DNA of 64,000 nt from Deinococcales bacterium (GTDB lineage Bacteria > Deinococcota > Deinococci > Deinococcales > JAAFIG01): assembly GCA_031414595.1 (NCBI GenBank), contig JANNVX010000041.1:32001-96000 (forward strand), in the 5' to 3' direction. The notes below the pieces were generated by a model that made no database searches, was not told the origin of the DNA, and saw only the letters and a program-made list of their open reading frames with translations. A program made the position numbers and the translations under genes. Below, piece by piece: positions 1 to 9,678 of the stretch (its first letter is position 1; each line of letters starts with the position of its first letter).

Positions 1-636
1 GCGCCGCCGTAAGGTCTTAGCGACTTGTTCAAGGGCAGTCCCAAGGTTGGTGTGGGTCGTGGCAGTTTGATTCTCGAGCTTGGTTAATTCATCCACAATA
101 CGCAGCGCCTGTTGCCGTCCACTTCCGGCTGGAATCAGTTTAATGCCTGTAGCACTGACTGCTAACGCCCCAACTTTATCACCGTGTCGGGTGCAAATTC
201 GGGCTGCCAAAGCCGCAAACTCGAGCGCCAATTGATACTTGGTTAAACGCCGTGTGCCAAAGTGCATACTTGGGTTGGCATCAACAATAATCCAAGCGGT
301 AATTTCGCGTTCTTCACGGTACTGACGCACATGCAGTTCGCCAGAACGGGCGGTCACATTCCAATCTATGCGCCGTACCTCATCGCCCGGTTGGTAGGGT
401 CGAACTTCGGCTAAATCTAAGCTGGGTCCGTAAAAGACCCCTGTGTACTCACCGAACAAAAAACCATCCAAGCGTTTAAGAACTGTAAACTCCAGCTTTC
501 GCAGCAATTGTTCTGGTAAGGCTATTGGCTTTACGACACTCGAGACGGCTGGCAAAGCAACAGGAAGCGCTTTTGGTTTCGGGGCGCGTCGCCAAAATGG
601 AACTCGAGCGGGGTTTGAAGATTGAACAAGTGTCAC
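1..636 (-). CDS. DUF58 family protein (MoxR/VWA-associated), 3' end runs off the window
   Basis: Manual translation from GTG at 636: ...LLRKLEFTVLKRLDGFLFGEYTGVFYGPSLDLAEVRPYQPGDEVRRIDWNVTAR...YREERE; directly downstream of moxR. Confidence 0.85.
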   Translation of the reverse strand, partial: MTLVQSSNPARVPFWRRAPKPKALPVALPAVSSVVKPIALPEQLLRKLEFTVLKRLDGFLFGEYTGVFYGPSLDLAEVRPYQPGDEVRRIDWNVTARSGELHVRQYREEREITAWIIVDANPSMHFGTRRLTKYQLALEFAALAARICTRHGDKVGALAVSATGIKLIPAGSGRQQALRIVDELTKLENQTATTHTNLGTALEQVAKTLRRR

Positions 637-657
637 GGTTAATCCTTAGCTTGGGCT

Positions 658-683
658 GGGCGAACACAGAGGTTCGCCCCTAC
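658..683. repeat. REP-like palindrome (GTAG family)
   Basis: GGGCGAAC-acagag-GTTCGCCC-CTAC; near-identical copies at 19025-19050 and 63329-63354. Confidence 0.75.
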
Positions 684-731
684 GGTGTATTGGTGGTGTA
701 TTATTCTTTGGTTGCTCGGTAAAAAACAGGA

Positions 732-1793
732 TTACAAATTAACTTCGATGTTGTTCATTGGGCTGGGGTTAGGAACGGCATCCACCGATTTGTACGGGTC
801 GCCAAGATGAACCCTTGGGAGGGAAATGTTCTGCACAATTTGGCTGATAATGCCCTCCATGCTAATGCCATCTGCCAGCGCATCGTAACTAGGGATAATA
901 CGGTGGCGCAGCACATCAAAGGCTAAGTCGCGGACATCTTCGGGTAGGGCGTATTCGCGTCCACGCATAATCGCAAGGGCTTTAGCACCTAGAATTAAAT
1001 TGATGCTGGCTCGAGGACTTGCACCTATCGAAATAAATTTTTTCAGTTCGGGTAGTTTGGCTTCCGATGGTTCACGGGTGGCTCGAGCCAGACGCACGGC
1101 GTACTCGGTGACACTCGGGTGAACGTACACTTGGTCTGCCATGCCTTGCAGCTTGACCAGTTCGTCTAGGGTCAGTTTAACATCTAACTTATCGAACTTG
1201 GCACTGACACGATCTACAATTGTCATTTCTTCGTGGAAACCAGGATAAGAAATCACGACCTTGAACATAAACCTATCCACTTGGGCTTCAGGCAAAAAGT
1301 ATGTGCCTTCGGACTCGATAGGGTTTTGGGTAGCAAGAACTAAAAACGGGTTAGGCAGTGGAAAAGTCTGTTGCCCAATCGTCACTTGGCGCTCCTGCAT
1401 TGCCTCGAGCAGCGCACTTTGAATTTTAGCTGGAGCGCGGTTAATTTCGTCGGCTAGAATCAGATTTGCCACAATCGGACCAAGTTCGGTTTCAAACTTG
1501 GCTTCTTTTTGATTATAAATTCGCGTGCCAATTAAATCGGCTGGAACAAGGTCTGGGGTAAATTGAATCCGCTTAAAACTTGCGCCAATCGCGTCGGCGG
1601 TGCTTTTAATCGCTAAAGTTTTTGCCAGACCCGGAACACCTTCAATTAAAATATGTCCGCGAGCAATCAAAGCCACCAGTAAGCGCTCGAGCATCACATC
1701 TTGCCCAACGATGACACGTTTGACTTCAAATAAAAGGGTGCGAATTTTAGCGCTGGCATCCATGACATCTTTGGGATTAAGGGGGGTGTTCAT
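732..1793 (-). CDS. moxR: MoxR family AAA+ ATPase
   Basis: Walker A GVPGLAKT, RIQFTPDL, DEINRA, ATQNPIE, LPEAQVDRF. Confidence 0.93.
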   Translation of the reverse strand: MNTPLNPKDVMDASAKIRTLLFEVKRVIVGQDVMLERLLVALIARGHILIEGVPGLAKTLAIKSTADAIGASFKRIQFTPDLVPADLIGTRIYNQKEAKFETELGPIVANLILADEINRAPAKIQSALLEAMQERQVTIGQQTFPLPNPFLVLATQNPIESEGTYFLPEAQVDRFMFKVVISYPGFHEEMTIVDRVSAKFDKLDVKLTLDELVKLQGMADQVYVHPSVTEYAVRLARATREPSEAKLPELKKFISIGASPRASINLILGAKALAIMRGREYALPEDVRDLAFDVLRHRIIPSYDALADGISMEGIISQIVQNISLPRVHLGDPYKSVDAVPNPSPMNNIEVNL

Positions 1794-1869
1794 TATGCTC
1801 CAGTTTGCGGTATGGGAATGAAGGACGTGTGAATAAAGGCAAAGGACAAAAGGTTGAAAACTGTTTTGG

Positions 1870-2334
1870 CTAACTTCTGGGGTTTGTTGGGGTGTTTGGA
1901 CTCGAGGGTGTGCTTGGTGTACTTGGACTCGAGGGTGTACCGGGATTCAAGGGAATCAGTTCTTGCGCTCCGCCGGGTTGACTGGGTTGATTGCCTTGTC
2001 CTTGACCGGGTTGTTGACCGGGGCGCGGAAAGGTAAAGAGTTGACCATCTTGGTAGATTTGCACAGGGCAATCTGCCGGGGCTTGTCCTTGACCGGGTTG
2101 AGGTTGTTGCCCTTGACCAGGTTGCTGACCGTTTGGACCTAATGGAATCAGTTCTCGAGGGTCGTTAGGGGCTGGCTGTTGGGTTTGCGGGGCAGCATTT
2201 TGCACCATCACCAAGGCAGAAGAACTTCGGGCTGCTCGAGCTTCAAGGGCTGTATTTGGAAGACTGACCCGACCCAGAAAAAAGCCAGCACCAAGCAGTG
2301 CAAAAGCGGCTGCCAATAAACCAAGTGATTTCAT
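1870..2334 (-). CDS. Membrane-anchored or secreted Gln/Pro-rich hypothetical protein
   Basis: N-terminal hydrophobic helix, QQPGQG repeats, ELIPL motif twice; TACAAT 6 nt before ATG. Confidence 0.7.
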   Translation of the reverse strand: MKSLGLLAAAFALLGAGFFLGRVSLPNTALEARAARSSSALVMVQNAAPQTQQPAPNDPRELIPLGPNGQQPGQGQQPQPGQGQAPADCPVQIYQDGQLFTFPRPGQQPGQGQGNQPSQPGGAQELIPLNPGTPSSPSTPSTPSSPNTPTNPRS

Positions 2335-2424
2335 GGGTGTATTGTAGCGCTTTTAGTGTGAAGCAATTGAATAGAAAATGACAATAAAATTCACATAAAC
2401 TTCAAAAACGCTATGCTGTGGCGG

Positions 2425-2658
2425 ATGAATCTACATCTCCAAAATGCCTTATTCGATTTGGCTGTCAACCGTGCGGCTCGAGTTACAGCGCTTTTGGGCA
2501 TGGGGCATTTGCAAGTTTGGCATCAAAAAACCAGATTTGCAATTCGGATTCCGATAGAATCCATTCGGGCTGCCCTCGAGAGTCGCCCAAGTGGAATCTA
2601 TCATTGGCGTGGTGGTGAACGAGGGATGTGGCATGAGGGAAAAGCAGTTACTCCATAA
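2425..2658 (+). CDS. Small hypothetical protein (77 aa)
   Basis: ORF 2413..2658; TATGCT box 7 nt before ATG 2425 suggests a leaderless start; fills the gap between flanking genes. Confidence 0.55.
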   Translation: MNLHLQNALFDLAVNRAARVTALLGMGHLQVWHQKTRFAIRIPIESIRAALESRPSGIYHWRGGERGMWHEGKAVTP

Positions 2659-3664
2659 GTTTGATATTTTGCCCTGTGCTACTCGAATCATAACAAGCAA
2701 GCGCAACCCGCAGTCCTTCATACCCATCTTGCCAAGTAATCGGTACGGGTGTGTCTGAACGCACCGCATCCAAAAATGCGCCTAGCATCTTGGCGGTGGC
2801 ATCTGACCCCCAGCCGAGCCAATTGGCAATTCTTGGAGCGCGACTCGAGTAGAGGCTTAATTTACCCGCAAAGGCATCTATTTCAAAAGCCCCATCTTCA
2901 AGAATAACCTCGAGTTTTAGGTGTCCCCAACGTGGATAAATTCCAACAGGGCGACTCCATGAACAATCTATACTGGCTGGTACTCGAGTTTCGCCCGTTC
3001 CTAAAATCAGCGTGGCAAAGCCGGCACTGTCAATCTCGAGGTCTGGAAAAAATGGGTTGCTGACTTCGGCTTGGACGCGACTAACTTCGGTCTCCAGTAG
3101 CCACCTGTACAAGTCGGTCAGGTGAACCGTGTGATCCATCACCGCGCCGCCGCCAGCCAAGGTTTTATTGGCAAACCAAGCGCGGCGGTGCATTGGATTT
3201 TCGGCGTGGTTGATGCCAATAATTGCTAGGACTCGTCCTAAGTCTTTTTGGGCTAAACGCGCTTTTAAGGAAATCAGGCTCGAGTCAAAGCGCATTGGGT
3301 AGGCAGTCATAAATTGTACCCCTGCGGCTTGACAAACCTCCTGCATTTGCAGCGCATCTTCTAAAGTCGTGGCAATCGGTTTTTCGCACAGAATATGCGC
3401 CCCACCTCGAGCCGCCAATCTGGTCAACGGCAAGTGCAACGATGTTTCCGAGCAGATAATTACCGCCTCTGGGCGTTCTGCCATCAGGGCTGCGTGGGTC
3501 GCAAAGTGTTTGAGTTTTGTACTACTCGAGAATGCCTCGGCTCGAGTTACGAGGCTTTCAGAGAAACCTAGAATCTCGATATTTGGAGTACGTTGTAAAA
3601 TATCGGCAAAGCCATCGGCGTGGACATGGGCGGTACTTAAAATTCCAATACGAAGGGTTTTCAT
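2648..3664 (-). CDS. Gfo/Idh/MocA family oxidoreductase
   Basis: HILCEKPIA, GGGAVMDHTVH motifs. Confidence 0.9.
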   Translation of the reverse strand: MKTLRIGILSTAHVHADGFADILQRTPNIEILGFSESLVTRAEAFSSSTKLKHFATHAALMAERPEAVIICSETSLHLPLTRLAARGGAHILCEKPIATTLEDALQMQEVCQAAGVQFMTAYPMRFDSSLISLKARLAQKDLGRVLAIIGINHAENPMHRRAWFANKTLAGGGAVMDHTVHLTDLYRWLLETEVSRVQAEVSNPFFPDLEIDSAGFATLILGTGETRVPASIDCSWSRPVGIYPRWGHLKLEVILEDGAFEIDAFAGKLSLYSSRAPRIANWLGWGSDATAKMLGAFLDAVRSDTPVPITWQDGYEGLRVALACYDSSSTGQNIKLME

Positions 3665-4656
3665 AAGTTCACCACTAAATTGCTGCCCAAGGATTCACGT
3701 ACTGCCAAACCGACTTTTAGGGCAGTCAGGGCATCTTCGGGCGTGACTAAAAATGGTGAATTGGTCTCGAGGGCATGTTTGACATGGGCAATTTGCAAAT
3801 GGTACGGGTCTGCTCCACCACTTAAAACAGGCAGCCCAACGGAGGCAATGCTCTGTGCTACTGGCGGCAAAAAACTCTGGACACTGTTTGCATCATCTGA
3901 GCGCCATTCGATTACACCATCTGTGCCAGCCACATCAAAACCAGTCCGAAAGACACCTTTGGGGTACGCCCATGCCCCCTCGAGATGGGCGATTGCACCA
4001 CTGGCAAAACGTAGTGTCGCAAGAACAACATCGCCTTTGGCATCGGGATGGAGGCTGCGAGAGCTACGCGCAAAAACCCGTGTCACCAGACCAGCGCCTG
4101 CCAGACCAGCAAACCAATTTGCCACATCAAAATCATGCACCATTAAATCCAGTGGCACACCGCCTGAACGGGTTTCGTCCAAAAACCAATTATCACCTTC
4201 TTTGGCAGGTTGATAGCCAGCCCGTTTTAAGCGCATTGTACCAAGCGCCCCAATTTCGCCTCGAGCGATACTAGCAGCCGCCGTTTGGTATTGTTCAAAA
4301 AAACGCACCACATGGGCAATAAAAAGGCGCACACCTGCTTTTTGACAGGTCTCAAGCATGGTGGTTGCATCTTCTAAAGTCAGTGCCATTGGTTTTTCGC
4401 ACACCACATGCTTACCAGCCTTAGCAGCCAAAAGCGTAAACTCGAGATGCTGCGGGGTCGGTAAACAAATATCCACCACATCTGCCAATTCAAGCAGTTC
4501 TGGGAGGCTGCAAACCTTGGCGTTGTGTTCTCGAGCCAGCCGCTCGGTTTGGGCAGTGTTTTGGTCATAGAGTGCCACGACCTCCGCCCCAGCCGCTCGC
4601 CAAGCCGCCAAATGCACCTGCCCCATTAAGCCCAAACCAATTATTCCTATTCGCAT
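3661..4656 (-). CDS. Gfo/Idh/MocA family oxidoreductase
   Basis: GIIGLGLMG, HVVCEKPMA, GGVPLDLMVHDFD; ATGA overlap with the next gene. Confidence 0.9.
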   Translation of the reverse strand: MRIGIIGLGLMGQVHLAAWRAAGAEVVALYDQNTAQTERLAREHNAKVCSLPELLELADVVDICLPTPQHLEFTLLAAKAGKHVVCEKPMALTLEDATTMLETCQKAGVRLFIAHVVRFFEQYQTAAASIARGEIGALGTMRLKRAGYQPAKEGDNWFLDETRSGGVPLDLMVHDFDVANWFAGLAGAGLVTRVFARSSRSLHPDAKGDVVLATLRFASGAIAHLEGAWAYPKGVFRTGFDVAGTDGVIEWRSDDANSVQSFLPPVAQSIASVGLPVLSGGADPYHLQIAHVKHALETNSPFLVTPEDALTALKVGLAVRESLGSNLVVNL

Positions 4657-4730
4657 TATCTTTAGTATACCTACTTGCGAACCCTACAAGAGCAGCAGTA
4701 GACTACAGCCTCAAAACAAATAGGAGGCTT

Positions 4731-5990
4731 ATGAAAAAAGCAGCAACCGTGGCATTTTTATTGGCAACAGGCGCAATTTTAGGTGGTTTGGCATTATCGC
4801 AAGATAAAACCAAAATCAGCATCGAATCTTGGCGCAACGATGACCTAAAAATTTGGCAAACTCAAATTATTCCAGCTTTTAACAAAAAATTCCCGAATAT
4901 CGAAGTGGTTTTTGCACCGAGCGCCCCAACCGAGTACAACGCGGCACTGGATGCAAAACTGCAAGCGGGAAGCGCTGGCGACTTAATAACTTGTCGCCCA
5001 TTTGATAAGAGCCTCGAGTTATTCGCCAAAAAACAACTCGACGCGCTCGACGGCTTAAAAGGCATGAGCAATTTTTCGAGCGTCGCTAAAAGCGCTTGGC
5101 AAACCGACGATGGCAAAAGCACTTTTTGCTTACCAATGGCAAGTGTGATTCACGGCTTTATTTACAATAAAAAAATCTTTACAGAATTAAAGCTGTCTGT
5201 GCCAAAAACCGAAGCCGAAATGTTTAGCTTACTCGAGAAAATCAAGAGCAACGGTAAGTACGCCCCGCTTGTGATGGGAACAAAAGACCAATGGGAAAGC
5301 GCCACCATGGGCTACCAGAACATCGGACCTAACCATTGGGGTGGTGAAGCAGGGCGTTTAGGACTGATTAAAGGCACAGCCAAATACAACACTGGAGGTT
5401 TCTTAAAAGCCTTTGAATCGCTTGGTAAATGGAAAACTTACTTACCTAAAGGCTACCAAGCCATTGCTTACCCTGATGCTCAGAACCTCTTTAGCCTTGG
5501 TAAAGGCGCGATATACCCAGCCGGTTCTTGGGACATCAGCACCTTCAGAGCCGCAAAAATGGATATTGGCGCATTCAAAGCCCCTGCCCCAGCCGGAAGT
5601 AAAAAATGCTATATCTCTGACCACACCGACATCGGTATTGGCTTAAACGCCGCCAGTCCAAACAAAGACGCAGCCAAAACCTTTTTAGAGTGGATGAGCA
5701 GCGACGAATTTGCCAGTATTTACAGTAACGCCCTACCGGGATTTTTTAGCTTAAACAGCAAAGCCAAAGTTAAACTAACCGACCCAGTAGCCCAAGAATT
5801 TGTCTCATGGCGCGGACAATGCGAAAGCACCATCCGCAGTGGCTACCAAATTCTATCTAGGGGAACACCGAACAACGAAAATGACCTTTGGGCAGCCAGT
5901 GCGGCTGTCTTAAACGGCACAAAAACCGCTAAACAAGCGGCGGACGAAGTGCAAAAAGGCTTAGACAGTTGGTACAAGCCCGCCAAGTAA
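4731..5990 (+). CDS. Carbohydrate ABC transporter substrate-binding protein
   Basis: AGGAGG SD before ATG 4731, signal peptide, CUT1-type binding-protein motifs, followed by two permeases. Confidence 0.88.
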   Translation: MKKAATVAFLLATGAILGGLALSQDKTKISIESWRNDDLKIWQTQIIPAFNKKFPNIEVVFAPSAPTEYNAALDAKLQAGSAGDLITCRPFDKSLELFAKKQLDALDGLKGMSNFSSVAKSAWQTDDGKSTFCLPMASVIHGFIYNKKIFTELKLSVPKTEAEMFSLLEKIKSNGKYAPLVMGTKDQWESATMGYQNIGPNHWGGEAGRLGLIKGTAKYNTGGFLKAFESLGKWKTYLPKGYQAIAYPDAQNLFSLGKGAIYPAGSWDISTFRAAKMDIGAFKAPAPAGSKKCYISDHTDIGIGLNAASPNKDAAKTFLEWMSSDEFASIYSNALPGFFSLNSKAKVKLTDPVAQEFVSWRGQCESTIRSGYQILSRGTPNNENDLWAASAAVLNGTKTAKQAADEVQKGLDSWYKPAK

Positions 5991-6009
5991 GCTGGCTCGA
6001 GACATTTAA

Positions 6010-6032
6010 GGGGCAGAAATGCCCCTCTTTTT
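6010..6032 (+). terminator. Intrinsic terminator or mRNA-stabilising hairpin after the binding-protein gene
   Basis: GGGGCA-gaaa-TGCCCC followed by a T run. Confidence 0.6.
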
Positions 6033-6050
6033 GTTCAATAAGAATCAACA

Positions 6051-6962
6051 ATGCCTAAAAAATTCCCTTTTCACATTCTGGTTTTTACTGCCCCAGCCGT
6101 GCTTTTATACTCGGTGTTCATGATTTATCCGCTTTTTGATAGTTTGCGCTTATCGTTATTTGCACAGGGCTTAGATTTCAAACCAGTCTTTGTGGGTTTA
6201 GAAAATTACCATAAACTCTTAACCGATGAACGCCTTGCGCCAACGCTTTGGAATGCTGTCCAGAATAATGCTGTATTCTTTGTGATTCACATGGTTTTGC
6301 AAAATCCAATTGGGCTGGGTTTAGCGGTTTTACTCAATGGCAAGATACGTGGCAGCAGCCTTTACCGCAGCCTGATTTTTATTCCGACCGTGCTTTCGGT
6401 GGTGCTGGTTGGTTTGTCTTGGCGGATGATTTTATCGCCAATTTGGGGCATCGCCGAAGGTGCATTGGGGGTTTTTGGTTTACAAAGTTGGTATCAGCCT
6501 TGGCTTGGTCTCGAGAATTCCGCCCTTTTAACGGTTTCTTTGATGAGTGTTTGGCAGAACGTCGGTATTCCAATGATGCTGTTCTTGGCGGCGCTGGTGC
6601 GAATTCCCGAAGAACTGCTTGAGGCGGCTCGAGTAGATGGGGCTTCTTTTTGGACTATTTTTTGGCGGATTCAATTTCCACTGATTTTGCCAGTTGTCGG
6701 GATTGTAACAGTGCTAACTTTTGTTGGTAATTTTAATGCTTTTGATTTGGTGTACGCTTCACAAGGCGCGTTGGCGGGACCTGACTTTAGTACCGATTTA
6801 TTGGGAACATTTTTTTACCGTACTTTCTTTGGTTTTCAGTTGCAAAGCGGTAATCCGTATCTTGGGGCAAGCATTGCTGGGGTAATGCTGCTGATTATTC
6901 TGGGTGGTTTGTTGTTTTACTTATTTACCTTTGTGCGCCGCGTTGAACAGGTGGAATACTGA
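6051..6962 (+). CDS. Carbohydrate ABC permease (MalF-like)
   Basis: TM helices, EAARVDGA motif. Confidence 0.92.
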   Translation: MPKKFPFHILVFTAPAVLLYSVFMIYPLFDSLRLSLFAQGLDFKPVFVGLENYHKLLTDERLAPTLWNAVQNNAVFFVIHMVLQNPIGLGLAVLLNGKIRGSSLYRSLIFIPTVLSVVLVGLSWRMILSPIWGIAEGALGVFGLQSWYQPWLGLENSALLTVSLMSVWQNVGIPMMLFLAALVRIPEELLEAARVDGASFWTIFWRIQFPLILPVVGIVTVLTFVGNFNAFDLVYASQGALAGPDFSTDLLGTFFYRTFFGFQLQSGNPYLGASIAGVMLLIILGGLLFYLFTFVRRVEQVEY

Positions 6963-7037
6963 TGATTGCTACACAGGTGGAATACGTTTCCCTACAGGTA
7001 AAATACTGATGATTTCCCTACAGGTAAAATACTGATG
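6948..7037 (+). repeat. Four imperfect copies of the permease stop/start junction CAGGTRRAATAC(TGATG)
   Basis: Copies start at 6948, 6974, 6995 and 7021. Confidence 0.85.
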
Positions 7038-7862
7038 AAAAACATCAAATGGAATGTCTTAGCCATTCATGCAGTGCTGCTTTCTTATACTGCCCTTGCC
7101 TTATTTCCAACACTGTTGATGCTGCTTAATTCCCTCAAATCTCGAGAGGCAATTTTTGGTAGCCCATTAGCCTTACCAACTCCGCAAACCTTTGATTTAA
7201 GTGGTTATCAAACAGTTTTCTCGAGTGCTAGGTTTGATTTGTATTTCTTAAATAGTGTACTCGTCACCACAGGTTCTTTAAGCCTGATTCTGCTTGTCTC
7301 CAGTGGAGCGGCTTGGGCTTTGGCGCGGTACGAATTTAAGGGCAGTACATTACTTGGGTTGTACTTATCGCTGGGGATTATGGTTCCAATTCGACTTGGC
7401 ACAATTAGTTTGTTAAAACTGATGGTGTCCTTAAATCTCACCAATACCTTGTGGGCGTTAATTCTGGTCTATACCGCCGGCGGGATTCCACTCGCGGTCT
7501 TTATTCTGACTCAGTTTTTTAAGCAAGTCCCGCGTGAACTCGAGGACGCTGCCAAGATGGATGGTGCGTCTGAATACCAAATTTTTTGGTTGCTGCTGCC
7601 CTTGGTGCGCCCCGCCCTTGGAACAGTCGCGGTCTTTAATATGATTCCAATTTGGAATGACCTGTGGTTTCCCTTAATTCTAGCCCCAAGCGAGAAAAGT
7701 AAAACCGTTATCTTGGGCGCACAAATTTTCTTAGGGCAATTTATCAACGACTGGAACGCAGTTTTGGCAGCTTTAACACTGGCTATTATGCCGATTATGA
7801 TTCTGTATATCATTTTTTCCAAACAACTGATTCGCGGTTTAACCCAAGGTGCAGTCAAGTAA
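7035..7862 (+). CDS. Carbohydrate ABC permease (MalG-like)
   Basis: ELEDAAKMDGA motif, C-terminal GLTQGAVK. Confidence 0.92.
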   Translation: MKNIKWNVLAIHAVLLSYTALALFPTLLMLLNSLKSREAIFGSPLALPTPQTFDLSGYQTVFSSARFDLYFLNSVLVTTGSLSLILLVSSGAAWALARYEFKGSTLLGLYLSLGIMVPIRLGTISLLKLMVSLNLTNTLWALILVYTAGGIPLAVFILTQFFKQVPRELEDAAKMDGASEYQIFWLLLPLVRPALGTVAVFNMIPIWNDLWFPLILAPSEKSKTVILGAQIFLGQFINDWNAVLAALTLAIMPIMILYIIFSKQLIRGLTQGAVK

Positions 7863-7960
7863 AGAAATAACCTTTAGCACAACGCGATTGTGCTTTTTGT
7901 GCTAATTTATGGCTGTACCATGTACAATAGTTGCAGTAGAACACAACAAGGAGGCATTTT

Positions 7961-8416
7961 ATGAAAAAGTGGTTACTGGTTTTCGTAGCAATTCTAGGTT
8001 TCTCGAGTTTGGCTGGCGCTCAGCGCTTCTCTATCGGTGGGGGCATTAGTGGTTCTTTTGGTAGTGGTAGTAGCGCTTTTAGTTTTGGAGTGAACTTGGG
8101 TATTGAAGACCTTGCTCGACTCGGACCGATTGGCGTGGATGCTCGGCTTGACCTTGAGGGAGCTTCGCTTGGTGGTGTCTTTATTTTGGGGGCTGGCGCA
8201 TCTGTGATGGGAACATTTCAAGTGGCTCAATTCACTTTGTACGCCGGTCCTCGGGTTGTCTTTGTTTTTGTGCCAACCACGGCTTTTGGTTTTGGCGCGA
8301 TTGCTGGGGCAAGATACTCGATAGGTGGAGGTTTATCAGCCTATGGTGAACTCAAATTATTGTTTTCCCCTGCTTTTGATTGGCAAATTGGTGTTGGCGT
8401 AAGATTTAATTTTTAA
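7961..8416 (+). CDS. Small outer-membrane beta-barrel protein
   Basis: SD, signal peptide, alternating Gly/aromatic strands, C-terminal GVRFNF. Confidence 0.7.
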   Translation: MKKWLLVFVAILGFSSLAGAQRFSIGGGISGSFGSGSSAFSFGVNLGIEDLARLGPIGVDARLDLEGASLGGVFILGAGASVMGTFQVAQFTLYAGPRVVFVFVPTTAFGFGAIAGARYSIGGGLSAYGELKLLFSPAFDWQIGVGVRFNF

Positions 8417-9579
8417 GACTTTTTTAATCGCTCGAGACGCGTGGCTGCGGCTGCTAAAGTCTCGAGCGATTTGCATATCGCAAATCGCAGGGCATTTGGG
8501 GCGCGACTGCGAGTCGTTGGGTCGTAAAATATGGGGACAGGCATGGCAGCCACGCCGATTTCTGAGACCAAGTAGCGGGCAAATTCTTGGGTGTTATGTG
8601 AAAAATTTTCAATACCAGCCACAATAAAGTATCCACCTTCGGGTCGCATGGGCTTAAAACCAACTCGAGACAGGGTTTGAAATAGGGTATTGCGCTGCTC
8701 GAAAAAGCGCTGTTGCAAAGCCGTGTAGTACCCATTGTGCGCGGCGGTCTCGAGACAAATGGCAGTGGCTTCTTGAACATGCCCTGTGACATGAAACGGT
8801 ATCCATTGGTGCGCTCCGCGCATGGCTTGGGTAATCTGGGCTGGGGCAACTGCCCAACCGATGCGCCAACCTGTGACCGAAAAGATTTTTCCTGCGCTGC
8901 CAATCGTGATGGTGCGCTCACGCATTTCGGGCAAAGAAGCAAAACTAATGTGCGGGGCTTCAAAGGTGATGCGATCATAGACTTCATCGCTAATCACCCA
9001 AAGGTTGTGTTCTAAGACCAAAGCTGCAATGTCCTCGAGTTCAGTTTTGGTAAAAACCTTGCCTGTCGGATTGTGCGGCGAATTAAGAATAATTCCTTTG
9101 GTGCGTGGCGTGATGGCTGCCCCTAATTGCTCGAGATTTAATCTCCAAGTTTCATTTTCTGGCTCGAGCTGCACAAAAACTGGAATGCCATCACACAGCC
9201 GCACTTGTGGGGCATATGAATCAAATTTTGGCTCGAGTAAAATCACTTCGTCCCCAGAATTGACCAAGGACACCAGTGCGGCATGAAGGGCTTGAGTTGC
9301 GCCAACCGTAATCGTGATTTCCTCGAGCGGGTCAATTTTGCCAATCTGTGGCTCGAGTAAGGCTGCGACTGCCTCTAGTAAACGCGGTATACCACGCGGC
9401 GCAGTGTACTGATGCGAAGCGGTTTTTAGGCTTTGAAATGCGGCTGCCAGCACAAAATCCGGCACTGCCCAATCTGGGAAGCCCTGCCCCAAGTTTACGG
9501 CATTGTGTTTGACTGCCAAGGCGGTCAGTTCAGTAAAAGGATTGGGGCTAAAACCCAAAACTCGAGAAGCCAGTTGCAT
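8413..9579 (-). CDS. Class I/II PLP aminotransferase (methionine/kynurenine aminotransferase-like)
   Basis: NLGQGFPD, NSPHNPTGK, SDEVY, SAGKIFSVTGWRIG; TATGCT 7 nt before ATG 9579. Confidence 0.88.
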   Translation of the reverse strand: MQLASRVLGFSPNPFTELTALAVKHNAVNLGQGFPDWAVPDFVLAAAFQSLKTASHQYTAPRGIPRLLEAVAALLEPQIGKIDPLEEITITVGATQALHAALVSLVNSGDEVILLEPKFDSYAPQVRLCDGIPVFVQLEPENETWRLNLEQLGAAITPRTKGIILNSPHNPTGKVFTKTELEDIAALVLEHNLWVISDEVYDRITFEAPHISFASLPEMRERTITIGSAGKIFSVTGWRIGWAVAPAQITQAMRGAHQWIPFHVTGHVQEATAICLETAAHNGYYTALQQRFFEQRNTLFQTLSRVGFKPMRPEGGYFIVAGIENFSHNTQEFARYLVSEIGVAAMPVPIFYDPTTRSRAPNALRFAICKSLETLAAAATRLERLKKS

Positions 9580-9678
9580 GGGCATTAGCATACTGCTTAT
9601 CTGTACAGGATGAAAAAACAGGTATGTCTCGAAATGCCCGTACCTCCAAGCCCTCAGACTTGGTAGAGTGACACAGTT

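Noticed and set aside
6948-7037. Possible mini-CRISPR
   Set aside because: Period is only 21-26 nt and the units copy the gene junction.
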